The translations under genes were made by a program, and so were the position numbers. This document shows, piece after piece, positions 53,557-63,004 of a stretch of DNA of 64,000 nucleotides. The notes below the pieces were generated by a model. That model had not been told where the DNA came from and searched no databases. It saw only the letters and a list, made by a program, of their open reading frames with translations. Origin of the DNA: Oscillospiraceae bacterium (GTDB lineage Bacteria > Bacillota > Clostridia > Oscillospirales > CAG-272); contig SVRG01000002.1 of NCBI GenBank assembly GCA_015064965.1, positions 7,983 through 71,982 on the forward strand. The letters are read 5' to 3'. Positions within the stretch are counted from its first letter, which is position 1; every line of letters starts with the position of its first letter.

Positions 53557-55012
53557 TGAAGTTAAATTAAGACGTCCCAAGCGAAAGATGCATATGCGCT
53601 CAAAGCTATTTGTAGGTTTTGTGGCGCTCTCGCTTGTAACGCTGCTCCTTCTTTGGAGCTTTCAGATTTTTATGCTTGACACCATGTATTATCAGCTTAC
53701 AAAAAGCAGAATGTCGAGCCTTTCAAACCAGATTGAAACTCTTTACAGCGAAAATGACAAATCATTTTCGCAAAACATCTCCGCAATGGCGGTTGACAAC
53801 GAGTTTTGCATTTATATTTTTGACAAACGCGGAGCGCCGATTGCAAACGCGCATCCAAGTAGCGGTTGTATCATACACGGTATAAACAGCGAAAAACTTA
53901 CCGAGCTTTACCACTCCGCAACCGAAGCCGGCGGCGACTATTTCCACCGCGCAAACTTGAACGGTTTTCAAAGTGAGAATAGCGGGCGTTTACGTTTTTC
54001 GCACAGCAAATACAGTGTACGCGACAGAATTTTGAATGTTTCGGTAAAGGATACTGAAAAAGGTTCTCTTATTATAATGCTTGATGCGGCAATCACGCCG
54101 GTAAATATTATAAAAACTGCGCTTACAATTCAGCTCTTTATTACTACCATAGTAACCGCAATCCTTGCAAGTATCGTGGCTAACGTGACAGCAAAAAAGC
54201 TCTCGCAACCTATAACCGATGTTAACCGTGCGGCAAAACGCCTGACACGCGGAGAATACGATATTAAATTCACCGGCGACGGATATCGCGAGATTTATGA
54301 GCTTTCCGACACGCTCAACCAAACCGCAAAGGACCTGAGAAAAACCGATGAGCTTCAAAAAGAACTTATCGCAAATATCTCCCACGATTTGCGCACGCCA
54401 CTTACACTCATTACAGGCTATTGCGAAATGATGCGCGATATCGAGGGCGAAAACACCCCCGAAAACATGCAGGTTGTCATTGACGAAACGGCGCGCCTTT
54501 CTTCACTGGTAAATGACCTTGTGGACCTTTCAAAATATCAGGGAGGCGGCGAAAAGCTTGATATCGAAGAGGTTGACATTGACCTGCTCCTGCTTGAAAC
54601 GGCAGAACGCTATCGCAAACTGATGCAGGAAAAAGAATATACCTTTATTTACGAAAGCATCGGCGAAACGATTGTTAAATGCGACAAGAAGAGAATTCTG
54701 CAAGTAGTTTACAATCTCATCAACAACGCAATTAACTATGCAGGCGATGACAAAACGGTAATCATTGAAGCGCGCCGTCTTGAAAACGGGAAAACCCGCA
54801 TAGAAATTACCGATCACGGTGAAGGTATCCCCGGCGACGCCTTGCCATATATTTTCGACCGCTATTATAAGGTTGACAAAGTTCACAAACGCGCCGTAAC
54901 CGGCACAGGTCTTGGACTTTCAATAGTTAAAACTATTCTTGAGCGCCACGGCGCCACCTACGGTGTGCGCAGCGAAGTCGGCATGGGCAGCACATTCTTC
55001 TTTGAGGTATAA
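53549..55012 (+). CDS. sensor histidine kinase (two TM helices, extracytoplasmic loop, HAMP, HisKA, HATPase_c)
   Basis: H-box ISHDLRTPL, N-box LINNAINY and G-boxes DHGEGI / GTGLGLSIV. Overlaps the regulator gene by 8 nt. Confidence 0.9.
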   Translation: MNNEVKLRRPKRKMHMRSKLFVGFVALSLVTLLLLWSFQIFMLDTMYYQLTKSRMSSLSNQIETLYSENDKSFSQNISAMAVDNEFCIYIFDKRGAPIANAHPSSGCIIHGINSEKLTELYHSATEAGGDYFHRANLNGFQSENSGRLRFSHSKYSVRDRILNVSVKDTEKGSLIIMLDAAITPVNIIKTALTIQLFITTIVTAILASIVANVTAKKLSQPITDVNRAAKRLTRGEYDIKFTGDGYREIYELSDTLNQTAKDLRKTDELQKELIANISHDLRTPLTLITGYCEMMRDIEGENTPENMQVVIDETARLSSLVNDLVDLSKYQGGGEKLDIEEVDIDLLLLETAERYRKLMQEKEYTFIYESIGETIVKCDKKRILQVVYNLINNAINYAGDDKTVIIEARRLENGKTRIEITDHGEGIPGDALPYIFDRYYKVDKVHKRAVTGTGLGLSIVKTILERHGATYGVRSEVGMGSTFFFEV

Positions 55013-55013
55013 T

Positions 55014-55051
55014 AAAAATGGTATCAGCATAAAGCTGATACCATTTTGTTT
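55014..55051. terminator. bidirectional terminator between the histidine kinase gene and the AT-rich module
   Basis: AAAATGGTATCAGC-ATAAA-GCTGATACCATTTT (14 bp). Confidence 0.85.
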
Positions 55052-55813
55052 TTACTCGTAAAGCGCAAGGTCGGTGAGTGCGACGCAAGCATTTTCATTG
55101 TGTGCCGCAGTATTAACTTTAACAGTGATTTTATTTACTCCTTTAACGTTAATTTCAAATTTGTACGGCAAAGTTTCAACAACACCATTAATTCTAAACA
55201 ATTCGCTACCGGTATCAACATCACAAATACTTACACTCGTTTCTCGAACTCTAGGATTTCCGCTTCCGCTTGATATGGTATATGATTTTGGCAGAACTAT
55301 CGTACCAGTAAGTTTTTCATACTGACAATTTAACGGATAGTCTATTTCACACCATGGATCGCTGTTATAAGCGCTCTGTAGTCCCATAATTAATCCGCTA
55401 GTATAAGTTTTTCCATTATAATCTTGAACATTTCCGTTAATTATTCCTAACCAACTTCCCGATGCGCCTTCTCTATAATCAGTATACATTAAGTTACTCA
55501 AATAAGCGTCAGGCTGATTTTGATCTTTTTTGCCAAGATATACGGTCTGATTTGCGCCATCCCAAATTACATCTTTACCGAATGCATTTGCAACCGCACG
55601 AACAGGAAGGTATGTAGTTCCGTTGTAAATGAACGGCTCAACTACTTTGCCGTTTGCATCGGTGGGAATATACTCGCCGCCATCCACAAATAGTCTGATA
55701 CCTGTGTAAAACGCTTCAATCATTTTGCTATTTCCTGCCGCAAGTACCGAAACGCTAAACAAAACAGCACACACCAAAACACCAATAATTATACCTTGTA
55801 ATCTCTTTTTCAT
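55052..55813 (-). CDS. secreted protein with copper-amine-oxidase N-terminal-like 'stalk' domain and beta-sandwich C-terminal domain
   Basis: Signal peptide. FIYNGTTYLPVRAVANAFGKDVIWDGANQTVYLG is typical of the Cu_amine_oxidN1 domain. The C-terminal approx 150 aa resemble NPCBM-like carbohydrate-binding modules (low certainty). Confidence 0.6.
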   Translation of the reverse strand: MKKRLQGIIIGVLVCAVLFSVSVLAAGNSKMIEAFYTGIRLFVDGGEYIPTDANGKVVEPFIYNGTTYLPVRAVANAFGKDVIWDGANQTVYLGKKDQNQPDAYLSNLMYTDYREGASGSWLGIINGNVQDYNGKTYTSGLIMGLQSAYNSDPWCEIDYPLNCQYEKLTGTIVLPKSYTISSGSGNPRVRETSVSICDVDTGSELFRINGVVETLPYKFEINVKGVNKITVKVNTAAHNENACVALTDLALYE

Positions 55814-55825
55814 TGTTTTTCTCCT

Positions 55826-57799
55826 TTATTTAGCTGCAATATATCCATCTGGACTTCTTAACTTTTTAAAGTCGCCAAACGACATTTTTTTTAGAATACA
55901 GTCCGTTCCCGCATTATAAACATGGTTGAAGTCCCAATTGCTTTCGGTAAAGTACACGTTCTTAGGACTTCCATCACTGCCATAAGACACATATTCAATA
56001 AACATAACGTGACCGTATTCACCGGATGTATCAACTGCTATAGATTTTGAAACAATGCTGTCAGCACCCTTTAAAATTTTAATTTTTGAATTTTCGGAAT
56101 TCTTATCCAAAAAATACTTTGCATGGCCTTTATAATTGAGTTTGATTCCGACAGTCTCGTAAAATCTCCCCCATGCATACCATGTGCATTGTCCCTTATA
56201 TTGATAGCTCCAAGCATTATCCCTTCCATAATACTTTGTATATCCACTACTGTTTTTAATATTAGCTACGGTTTTGCCAACCTTTTGATCCCATGATTTG
56301 GCTACCAAATCTACTTCTGCCTTTGTTAGTTTTTCAAGCGTTTCGCTCTTGCTTGAGTTCATTTCCTTAAACTTGTAATTCTTCAAGGCTTTTTCATATT
56401 CCTCTGTAACTCCGAGAACGTCGGCAAATTGCAATACTGTAAAGCACTTTTCAATATCTCCATCAAGCTCGTATAAAACCTTAGCAGCCTCTATCGCATC
56501 TTCAAGTGTTTTTGCATCTTTAACCTTAATATCAGGAAGGAAAGTATCAGCAAATCCCCAAAATACATTCTTAAAATACTTCCATTCTTCCTTTAGCAAG
56601 TTGCTGTTTTTCATTTCAACAATATCATCGCCAATAAGATATTTTATTGCCGTAAAATTTGCAAATGCTTCAGAATAGCAATAATTAAACTCTAAAAATC
56701 TATCATAGTCAGTAAAACCGCCGGACGCAAGATTTGCCGCTCTAATACCAAATACCTCTGCGTTATTGCTATAAATTTGTAACATCGCCAGATATGCCGC
56801 GGTCTTTATGTTCTCAACAGAAACCGCCTCCTGAAGCATATCAAAAGCAGCCTCTTTCATGCTTACAGCATTGCCTGCTCCGATGCTTAACAGCATTCCG
56901 CTGCCCTTACCAATGATACTACCCAGTTTTTCAGTTGCTAAAATATTGGTGTATATATCGTAGTAATCACCTGCAACTTTTGCTATATCCCTGCAACCCG
57001 TAGCAGAACTTTTGATGAACCAATCATTATTATACGCCTTTAGTGTATCTAACTTGTTCTTAATTGAAAAATCAGTAACGATGTTATTATTAGCGTCAAT
57101 CCAAAACTCAGTATCTTTGGCAACACCGTTATAAGCTCTCGTGGTCTTTGCCAAATAGTATTTATTACCATTAACCGTATATGAAGTATTTGTTTTTGCA
57201 TAAGCATTTGCAGTTACTACTGATGCAGTAATGATGGGTTTAACAACATCAATCTTATTTCCGTTTTTGTCCTTAACAATCCACTTCTGTGCTTTATCAG
57301 TGGCTGAGAATTTTGCAAGTTTCAGCTGTGCCTTTGAACCGTTAGCAGAAAGTGCAAGATTCTCATTAGCCGCCATGCGGATAATGACACTGCCATCATC
57401 GCAAATATAAAGCTTCACATTCTGCGCAGTCGTATCTGTACCGGTTTCCCAAATATCAATTTTTTGCCCAGCTTTAAGTTTAGAATTTCCTCTATAAACG
57501 TCTATGCAATATTTAGAGGATTTGTTTGCAAGTATGCGATAGGTATCTCCGCCTATATTATCAATGTCAAAAAGCTGCTCTTTACTTCCATCCCAAGGCC
57601 ACACACGAACAAAAGTACCATTCTTCATCTTGCCGTAATCAATGTTCAGATACTGCCCTGTCTTTACATTTTGCAATGTTACCGCTTTCATCTCTGCAAC
57701 ATTTGCCGTAGCGGCAGCTGCAAAAATTGTCATAAACGAAAGCATAATAGCAAGCGTAAGAAACAATGCAGCACTTTTCTTAAATGCATTTTTCATCAT
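55826..57799 (-). CDS. secreted ricin-type lectin / unknown helical region / CHAP-domain peptidoglycan hydrolase
   Basis: 657 aa with signal peptide. Beta-trefoil-like N-terminus with Q-x-W-type repeats (KEQLFDID, TAQNVKLY, KAQKWIV). C-terminal CHAP motifs GQCTWYAWGR (Cys) and YGHVMFIE (His). Confidence 0.7.
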   Translation of the reverse strand: MMKNAFKKSAALFLTLAIMLSFMTIFAAAATANVAEMKAVTLQNVKTGQYLNIDYGKMKNGTFVRVWPWDGSKEQLFDIDNIGGDTYRILANKSSKYCIDVYRGNSKLKAGQKIDIWETGTDTTAQNVKLYICDDGSVIIRMAANENLALSANGSKAQLKLAKFSATDKAQKWIVKDKNGNKIDVVKPIITASVVTANAYAKTNTSYTVNGNKYYLAKTTRAYNGVAKDTEFWIDANNNIVTDFSIKNKLDTLKAYNNDWFIKSSATGCRDIAKVAGDYYDIYTNILATEKLGSIIGKGSGMLLSIGAGNAVSMKEAAFDMLQEAVSVENIKTAAYLAMLQIYSNNAEVFGIRAANLASGGFTDYDRFLEFNYCYSEAFANFTAIKYLIGDDIVEMKNSNLLKEEWKYFKNVFWGFADTFLPDIKVKDAKTLEDAIEAAKVLYELDGDIEKCFTVLQFADVLGVTEEYEKALKNYKFKEMNSSKSETLEKLTKAEVDLVAKSWDQKVGKTVANIKNSSGYTKYYGRDNAWSYQYKGQCTWYAWGRFYETVGIKLNYKGHAKYFLDKNSENSKIKILKGADSIVSKSIAVDTSGEYGHVMFIEYVSYGSDGSPKNVYFTESNWDFNHVYNAGTDCILKKMSFGDFKKLRSPDGYIAAK

Positions 57800-57934
57800 A
57801 AATTCTCCTTACATAGCATTCTATACTAATATATTAGTATAAAAATATTATACAAGTAAATAATTTCTTTGTCAAGCGACATACAGAAATTAAATGGTAT
57901 AATGAGCAAAAAAAGGAATGAAATTACTGTGGAT

Positions 57935-58213
57935 ATGAAAAACCGAATTCGTGATTTGCGCGAAGATAGAGATTTACGGCAAATAGATGTCTCTAACGCA
58001 ACCGGTATTGATCAAAAAACATTATCCAACTACGAGACCGGAAAAACCAATCCAGACAGTTATTCTATCATCAAACTTGCCGAGTTTTTTGGTGTCACTA
58101 CAGACTACCTGCTCGGATATTCACACTCAAACCTGTCTTCAAGCAAAGATGTAATTGAAAAGCTTACAAAAATCGAAAAGGAAATCTCTGAAATAAAGAG
58201 GTTTTTAAAATAA
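57935..58213 (+). CDS. XRE-family helix-turn-helix transcriptional regulator
   Basis: IRDLREDRDLRQIDVSNATGIDQKTLSNYETGKTNPD HTH, then a C-terminal coiled tail. Start uncertain (ATG 57935 or GTG 57929). The track start TTG 57869 overlaps a TGGTATAAT promoter-like element. Confidence 0.75.
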   Translation: MKNRIRDLREDRDLRQIDVSNATGIDQKTLSNYETGKTNPDSYSIIKLAEFFGVTTDYLLGYSHSNLSSSKDVIEKLTKIEKEISEIKRFLK

Positions 58214-58240
58214 AAAAGAGCCTTTCGGCTCTTTTTTATT
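58212..58240. terminator. bidirectional terminator between the XRE gene and hisS
   Basis: AGAGCC-TTTC-GGCTCT hairpin flanked by A6 and T6. Confidence 0.8.
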
Positions 58241-59560
58241 TTATTTTGCAAGTCTTGCGGCAACTTCTGCAGGAGTGAGAAGTTCCTGCTCGCCGCTTGT
58301 CATATCCTTAAGCATAACCTTTCCGGCTTCTGCCTCACTGTCGCCCACAAGCGCCACATACGGAATACCGCTGCGATTTGCAAACTTCATCTTGGGCTTC
58401 ATGCCCTTGTCGAGGCAGTAAACGTCAACTTTAAGACCGGCATTTCTCACAACTGCTGCGCTCTCAAGCACAAAATCAATATGATTTTTGTCCATCGGAA
58501 TAAAGAGCACATCTACAAGACTATTGCGATCATCGGAAATGATGTTCTCACTGCGAAGCTGAGAAAACAAACGTGTAAGACCTATCGAAATGCCAATGCC
58601 GGGAAGAGAGTCATCAGTATAGTATCCGGTGAGATTGTCATATCTACCGCCTGAGCAAACACTTCCGAGCGAAGGGTAATCAACAAGTTTTGTTTCGTAA
58701 ACTGTACCGGTATAGTAGTCAAGACCGCGTGCAATTGTTAAGTCAATGGCTATATTCTTTTCGGGAATACCGTACATATAAGCATAGGAAACAACCTTTT
58801 CAAGTTCTGCCACGCCTTCTTTAAAGGTTTCGTCTGCACAGTCAACCGCACAAAGTGCATCAAGCACTTCTCTGTTTGTACCTTTAATGCTGATAAACGA
58901 AAGAATCTTGTCAGCAGCCGCGCCGTCAACTCCGAATTCTCCAAGCTCTGCCATAACCTTTTCGGTGCCGATTTTTTCAAGTTTGTCAATTGTGCGGAGA
59001 ATATCACCGATTTTATCGGCAAGACCAAGCGATGAGAAGAAGCCGTTAAGCACCTTGCGATTGTTGATTCGGATAACAAACTCGCCAAAATTCAACTTTG
59101 TGAAAACATTGTAGATTACAGCAGGCATCTCTGCATCATACATAAGGTCAAGTGCCTCTGCGCCGATAATATCAATATCGCACTGATAAAACTCGCGGAA
59201 ACGTCCCTTTTGAGGACGCTCGCCACGGTAAACCTTACCCATCTGATAACGCTTAAATGGAAAAACAAGGTCATTTTTATGAAGTGCAACATAGCGCGCA
59301 AGCGGAACGGTGAGGTCAAAACGCATTGAAAGGTCAGTATCGCCCTTGGTAAAGCGGTAAATCTGCTTTTCTGTTTCGCCGCCGGCTTTAGCAAGCAGTA
59401 CATTGGAATACTCAAGCACCGGAGTGTCGAGAGGAAGGAAGCCAAAGCTTTCATAAACCTCGCGAATGGTGTCATACATCTTATTAAAAAGAATCTGGTC
59501 GGGGGGGAGAAGCTCCATTGTGCCCTGAAGCACGCGGGGCTCGGTTTTTGTATTAGACAT
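58241..59560 (-). CDS. hisS: histidine--tRNA ligase
   Basis: 439 aa. Class II motifs (MRFDLTVPLARY, FKRYQMGKVYRGERPQKGRFREFYQCD, GGRYD) and a C-terminal anticodon-binding domain. Confidence 0.9.
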   Translation of the reverse strand: MSNTKTEPRVLQGTMELLPPDQILFNKMYDTIREVYESFGFLPLDTPVLEYSNVLLAKAGGETEKQIYRFTKGDTDLSMRFDLTVPLARYVALHKNDLVFPFKRYQMGKVYRGERPQKGRFREFYQCDIDIIGAEALDLMYDAEMPAVIYNVFTKLNFGEFVIRINNRKVLNGFFSSLGLADKIGDILRTIDKLEKIGTEKVMAELGEFGVDGAAADKILSFISIKGTNREVLDALCAVDCADETFKEGVAELEKVVSYAYMYGIPEKNIAIDLTIARGLDYYTGTVYETKLVDYPSLGSVCSGGRYDNLTGYYTDDSLPGIGISIGLTRLFSQLRSENIISDDRNSLVDVLFIPMDKNHIDFVLESAAVVRNAGLKVDVYCLDKGMKPKMKFANRSGIPYVALVGDSEAEAGKVMLKDMTSGEQELLTPAEVAARLAK

Positions 59561-59574
59561 TGTTTTGCCCTTTC

Positions 59575-61293
59575 TTATACGCGAAATTGATATTCGTAAA
59601 GTTCTTTATAAATGCCGCCAACTTGCATGAGTTCGTCATGGTTGCCGCGCTCCTTAATGCCGTCATCGGTCATAACTATGATTTCATCCGCCTTTTTAAC
59701 AGTGGAGAGACGGTGCGCAACAACTATGGTTGTGCGTCCCACCGAAAGCTCGTTAAGGCTTTCCGAAATCTGCTGCTCAGTCGCATTATCAAGTGCGCTT
59801 GTCGCCTCGTCTAAAATGAGTATCGGGGGATTTTTGAGAAATACACGCGCAATTGCCACACGCTGTTTTTGTCCGCCGGAGAGTTTTACGCCGCGCTCGC
59901 CGACTTCTGTATCGTAGCCGTCGGGCAATGACATAATGTACTCATGAATATTGGCACGCTTTGCTGCGGTAATCATCTCTTCTTCAGTGACATCATCTGA
60001 GCCGTAGCAGATATTGTCGCGAATGGTAGAATCAAACAAAAATACATCCTGCGAAACTATGCCTACATTCTGGCGGAGCGAATCAAGCGTGATATCGCGG
60101 ATATCTTTGCCGTCAAGCAAAACTCTGCCGTCCTCAATATCGTAAAAGCGCGGAATGATATTGCAAATTGTAGTTTTGCCGCCGCCTGAGGGACCTACAA
60201 GCGCAAGTGTCTTGCCGGGAGCAACTGTGAACGAAAGATTGCTTAAAATCTCCTTTGCATCATTATAACGGAAAGTAACGTTTTCAAAAACGATTTCTCC
60301 GTTAACTTTTTTAATTGGAGAAGCACCATCGGTATCTTTTTCAGCCGGGGTATCCATAATGCCGCAGAAACGCTCAAATCCGCTGAGTCCGTTCTGGAAC
60401 TGCTCAACAAAGTTTACAAGTCTGTTTATCGGGTCAACAAACACATTTGCGTAAATCAGAAACGCTGCAAAATCGCCCGCGGTAATCTTTCCGTATATAC
60501 AGAAAAGTCCGCCGCTTACAAGCACCACAAGTTTCAGCAAGTCAAAAAGCCATGTGGATGTGCTATGGAACTGCGCCATTGCACTGAGCGCGCGGAAGCG
60601 CGTTTTTACATACTTGTCGGTAACTGTGCCGAATTTTTCGTTTTCATAGTCGCGCGCAACATACGCCTTTGTAACGCGGACTCCGGTAAGACTGTTTTCA
60701 ATGCTTGCATTTATCTCAGCATTTACAGCGCGCATTGCCTTGAACTCAACGCTCATCTTTTTGCGCATATGAAGCGCAAATATAAGCATGAACGGTATGC
60801 ACGCAAAAATTATAAGCGTGAGCCATATATTAACCTGCGCCATAAGCACAAATGACGATATGAGCAATACCACCGAGAGAAACAGGTCTTCGGGACCGTG
60901 ATGCGCAAGTTCGGAGACATCCAGAAGGTCGCCAACAATGCGAGAAAGCAGTGCACCTGTTTTATTGTTATCATAAAATGTAAACGGCAGTTTTTGCATA
61001 TGTCCGAATAAATCGCGGCGCATATCCGCCTGCATCATCGCCGCCATTCGGTGTCCGTAGTCCTGAATAAAAAAGTTCATAAGCTTTTTTAAAAAGTACA
61101 AAACAACCAAAACTGCTGCTAAAATCAAAATATACTTGACCTGCTTATTGGGAATAAAGTTGTCAATTATCTCACCCGTGAGCTTTGGATATACAAGATT
61201 GCAAAGCGCAACACCGAGTGCGCAAAGCATATCAAATGTAAATATTTTTAAATACGGTCGATAATAGGCACAAAAGCGTTTTATCATATCCAT
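59575..61293 (-). CDS. ABC exporter, fused permease/ATPase (MsbA/multidrug type)
   Basis: Six-TM domain, then Walker A GPSGGGKTT, signature LSGGQKQR and Walker B ILILDEATS. ATG 61293 follows GGAGG by 12 nt. The track start is TTG 61305. Confidence 0.85.
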   Translation of the reverse strand: MDMIKRFCAYYRPYLKIFTFDMLCALGVALCNLVYPKLTGEIIDNFIPNKQVKYILILAAVLVVLYFLKKLMNFFIQDYGHRMAAMMQADMRRDLFGHMQKLPFTFYDNNKTGALLSRIVGDLLDVSELAHHGPEDLFLSVVLLISSFVLMAQVNIWLTLIIFACIPFMLIFALHMRKKMSVEFKAMRAVNAEINASIENSLTGVRVTKAYVARDYENEKFGTVTDKYVKTRFRALSAMAQFHSTSTWLFDLLKLVVLVSGGLFCIYGKITAGDFAAFLIYANVFVDPINRLVNFVEQFQNGLSGFERFCGIMDTPAEKDTDGASPIKKVNGEIVFENVTFRYNDAKEILSNLSFTVAPGKTLALVGPSGGGKTTICNIIPRFYDIEDGRVLLDGKDIRDITLDSLRQNVGIVSQDVFLFDSTIRDNICYGSDDVTEEEMITAAKRANIHEYIMSLPDGYDTEVGERGVKLSGGQKQRVAIARVFLKNPPILILDEATSALDNATEQQISESLNELSVGRTTIVVAHRLSTVKKADEIIVMTDDGIKERGNHDELMQVGGIYKELYEYQFRV

Positions 61294-61328
61294 TTCAGCT
61301 TTCAACCTCCGTTTTATTACAATATTTA

Positions 61329-61357
61329 ATTATACTGCATAATAAAAATATTGTCAA
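61329..61357 (-). promoter_or_regulatory. consensus SigA-type promoter of the ABC exporter-hisS unit
   Basis: Minus strand TTGACA-17 nt-TATAAT (both hexamers perfect), approx 35 nt upstream of the ATG at 61293. Confidence 0.65.
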
Positions 61358-61386
61358 CAAAAAGGAGCACTTTCGTGCTCCTTTAG
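61358..61386 (-). terminator. intrinsic terminator after the DUF1846 gene
   Basis: AAGGAGCAC-TTTC-GTGCTCCTT hairpin followed on the minus strand by UUUUUGUUG. Confidence 0.8.
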
Positions 61387-61388
61387 TT

Positions 61389-62876
61389 TTATTTTGCATG
61401 ATAGAGTTTCTTTGCCTGATATTTTGGCTCACAGGTGAGATTGATGCCCAGTTTTTTGAATGTTTTGGAATCGACCTGCGAAAGAATAACAGTTGAATGC
61501 GCCTCGCATCCTGCAAGCTTGCCAAGCTGATCAAGCGCGTGCGCCGCATTTGCAGATGTAACTGCACTTATCGCAAGTGCAATAAGCACTTCGTCAGTGT
61601 GAAGACGAGGATTGCGGTTGCCAAGATACTCGGTTTTAAGACGCTGAACAGGCTCAATAACTGTGGGGGAAATAAGCTCAACCACATCGTCAATATCAGC
61701 CAACGCCTTAAGAGCATTGAGCAAAAGTGCCGCTGAAGCACCGAGAAGCGGTGAAGTTTTTCCGGTGAGAATTCTACCATCGGGAAGCTGCATTGCCGCA
61801 GCCGGGCCGGCGGTTGCCTCCTCTTTTGCAAGTGCCGCCGCAATAACAGGACGTTCTTGCGAGCTTATCTTCGCCTGCTTCATAAGCAAATCGAGCTTAT
61901 TTACAGTGTCTGAACTTGTCATATTCTCCTTTGCTTCGCAAAGGGCGGTATAATAACGGCGGATAATCTCCTGCTTTGATGCTTCACAAGCAACTTCATC
62001 ATCAACAATGCAGTTGCCTGCCATATTTACACCCATATCCGTTGGTGACTTGTACGGCGATGTGCCGAAAATCTTTTTAAACATCGCATCAACTACGGGG
62101 AAAATCTCAACATCACGGTTGTAATTTACCGCAGTTTCACCGTATGCCTCAAGGTGGAACGGGTCGATCATATTTATATCATTAAGGTCAGCAGTTGCCG
62201 CCTCATATGCCATATTTACAGGATGCTTGAGTGGAATATTCCAAATTGGGAAGGTCTCAAACTTTGCATATCCGCACTTTACTCCGCGCTTGTTTTCATG
62301 ATAAAGCTGGGAAAGGCAGGTTGCCATTTTGCCGCTGCCGGGCCCCGGAGCAGTAACGATAACCAAGCGGCGCGAGGTTTCGATATACTCGTTTTTTCCG
62401 TATCCTTCATCGCTGACGATTTTCTCAACATTATACGGATATCCCTCAATGGAATAGTGGTGGTATACCTTAATTCCAAGGCTTTCAAGTTTGCGCGAAA
62501 ACTGAACCGCTGCGCCCTGCTCTGCATATCTTGTAAGCACCACGCTGCCAACATAAAGTCCTACACTGCGAAAAGCATCAATAAGGCGCATAACGTCAAG
62601 GTCATAAGTGATGCCGAGGTCGCCGCGTACCTTATTCTTTTCAATATCCGCAGCATTTATCGCAATCACGATTTCAGCGTCATCCTTGAGTTGGAGCAAC
62701 ATCTGAAGCTTGCTGTCAGGCTTGAAACCGGGGAGCACGCGCGAGGCGTGAAAATCGTCAAAAAGCTTGCCGCCGAACTCAAGATAGAGTTTTCCGCCAA
62801 AAGTGGCTATACGCTCACGGATGTATTTTGATTGCATCTGCAAGTACTTATCATTGTCAAATCCGATTTTGCTCAT
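61389..62876 (-). CDS. DUF1846 (UPF0371) family protein
   Basis: 495 aa. N-terminus GFDNDKYLQMQSKYIRERI...KLYLEFGGKLFDDFHASRVLPGF is as I remember it for UPF0371 proteins. No assigned function. Confidence 0.7.
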   Translation of the reverse strand: MSKIGFDNDKYLQMQSKYIRERIATFGGKLYLEFGGKLFDDFHASRVLPGFKPDSKLQMLLQLKDDAEIVIAINAADIEKNKVRGDLGITYDLDVMRLIDAFRSVGLYVGSVVLTRYAEQGAAVQFSRKLESLGIKVYHHYSIEGYPYNVEKIVSDEGYGKNEYIETSRRLVIVTAPGPGSGKMATCLSQLYHENKRGVKCGYAKFETFPIWNIPLKHPVNMAYEAATADLNDINMIDPFHLEAYGETAVNYNRDVEIFPVVDAMFKKIFGTSPYKSPTDMGVNMAGNCIVDDEVACEASKQEIIRRYYTALCEAKENMTSSDTVNKLDLLMKQAKISSQERPVIAAALAKEEATAGPAAAMQLPDGRILTGKTSPLLGASAALLLNALKALADIDDVVELISPTVIEPVQRLKTEYLGNRNPRLHTDEVLIALAISAVTSANAAHALDQLGKLAGCEAHSTVILSQVDSKTFKKLGINLTCEPKYQAKKLYHAK

Positions 62877-62963
62877 TTCGCCACCATCCTTTTTTATTCT
62901 TCTAACTTTTATATTATAACCTATAATTCTTTCAATTTCAATGATATTTAAAATATATTTATT

Positions 62964-63004
62964 AAAAATCGTCCCGCAAGGAAAACCTTGCGGGACTTTG
63001 ATTT
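62964..63004 (-). terminator. intrinsic terminator after the dockerin-protein gene
   Basis: GTCCCGCAAGG-AAAA-CCTTGCGGGAC (11 bp) with T-rich flanks. Confidence 0.85.

Noticed and set aside
55052-58213. Calling the AT-rich module a mobile element or prophage remnant
   Set aside because: There is no integrase, transposase, flanking direct or inverted repeats, or adjacent tRNA. Only its composition and accessory-type content suggest foreign origin, so it is reported as a finding and not as a mobile_element feature.
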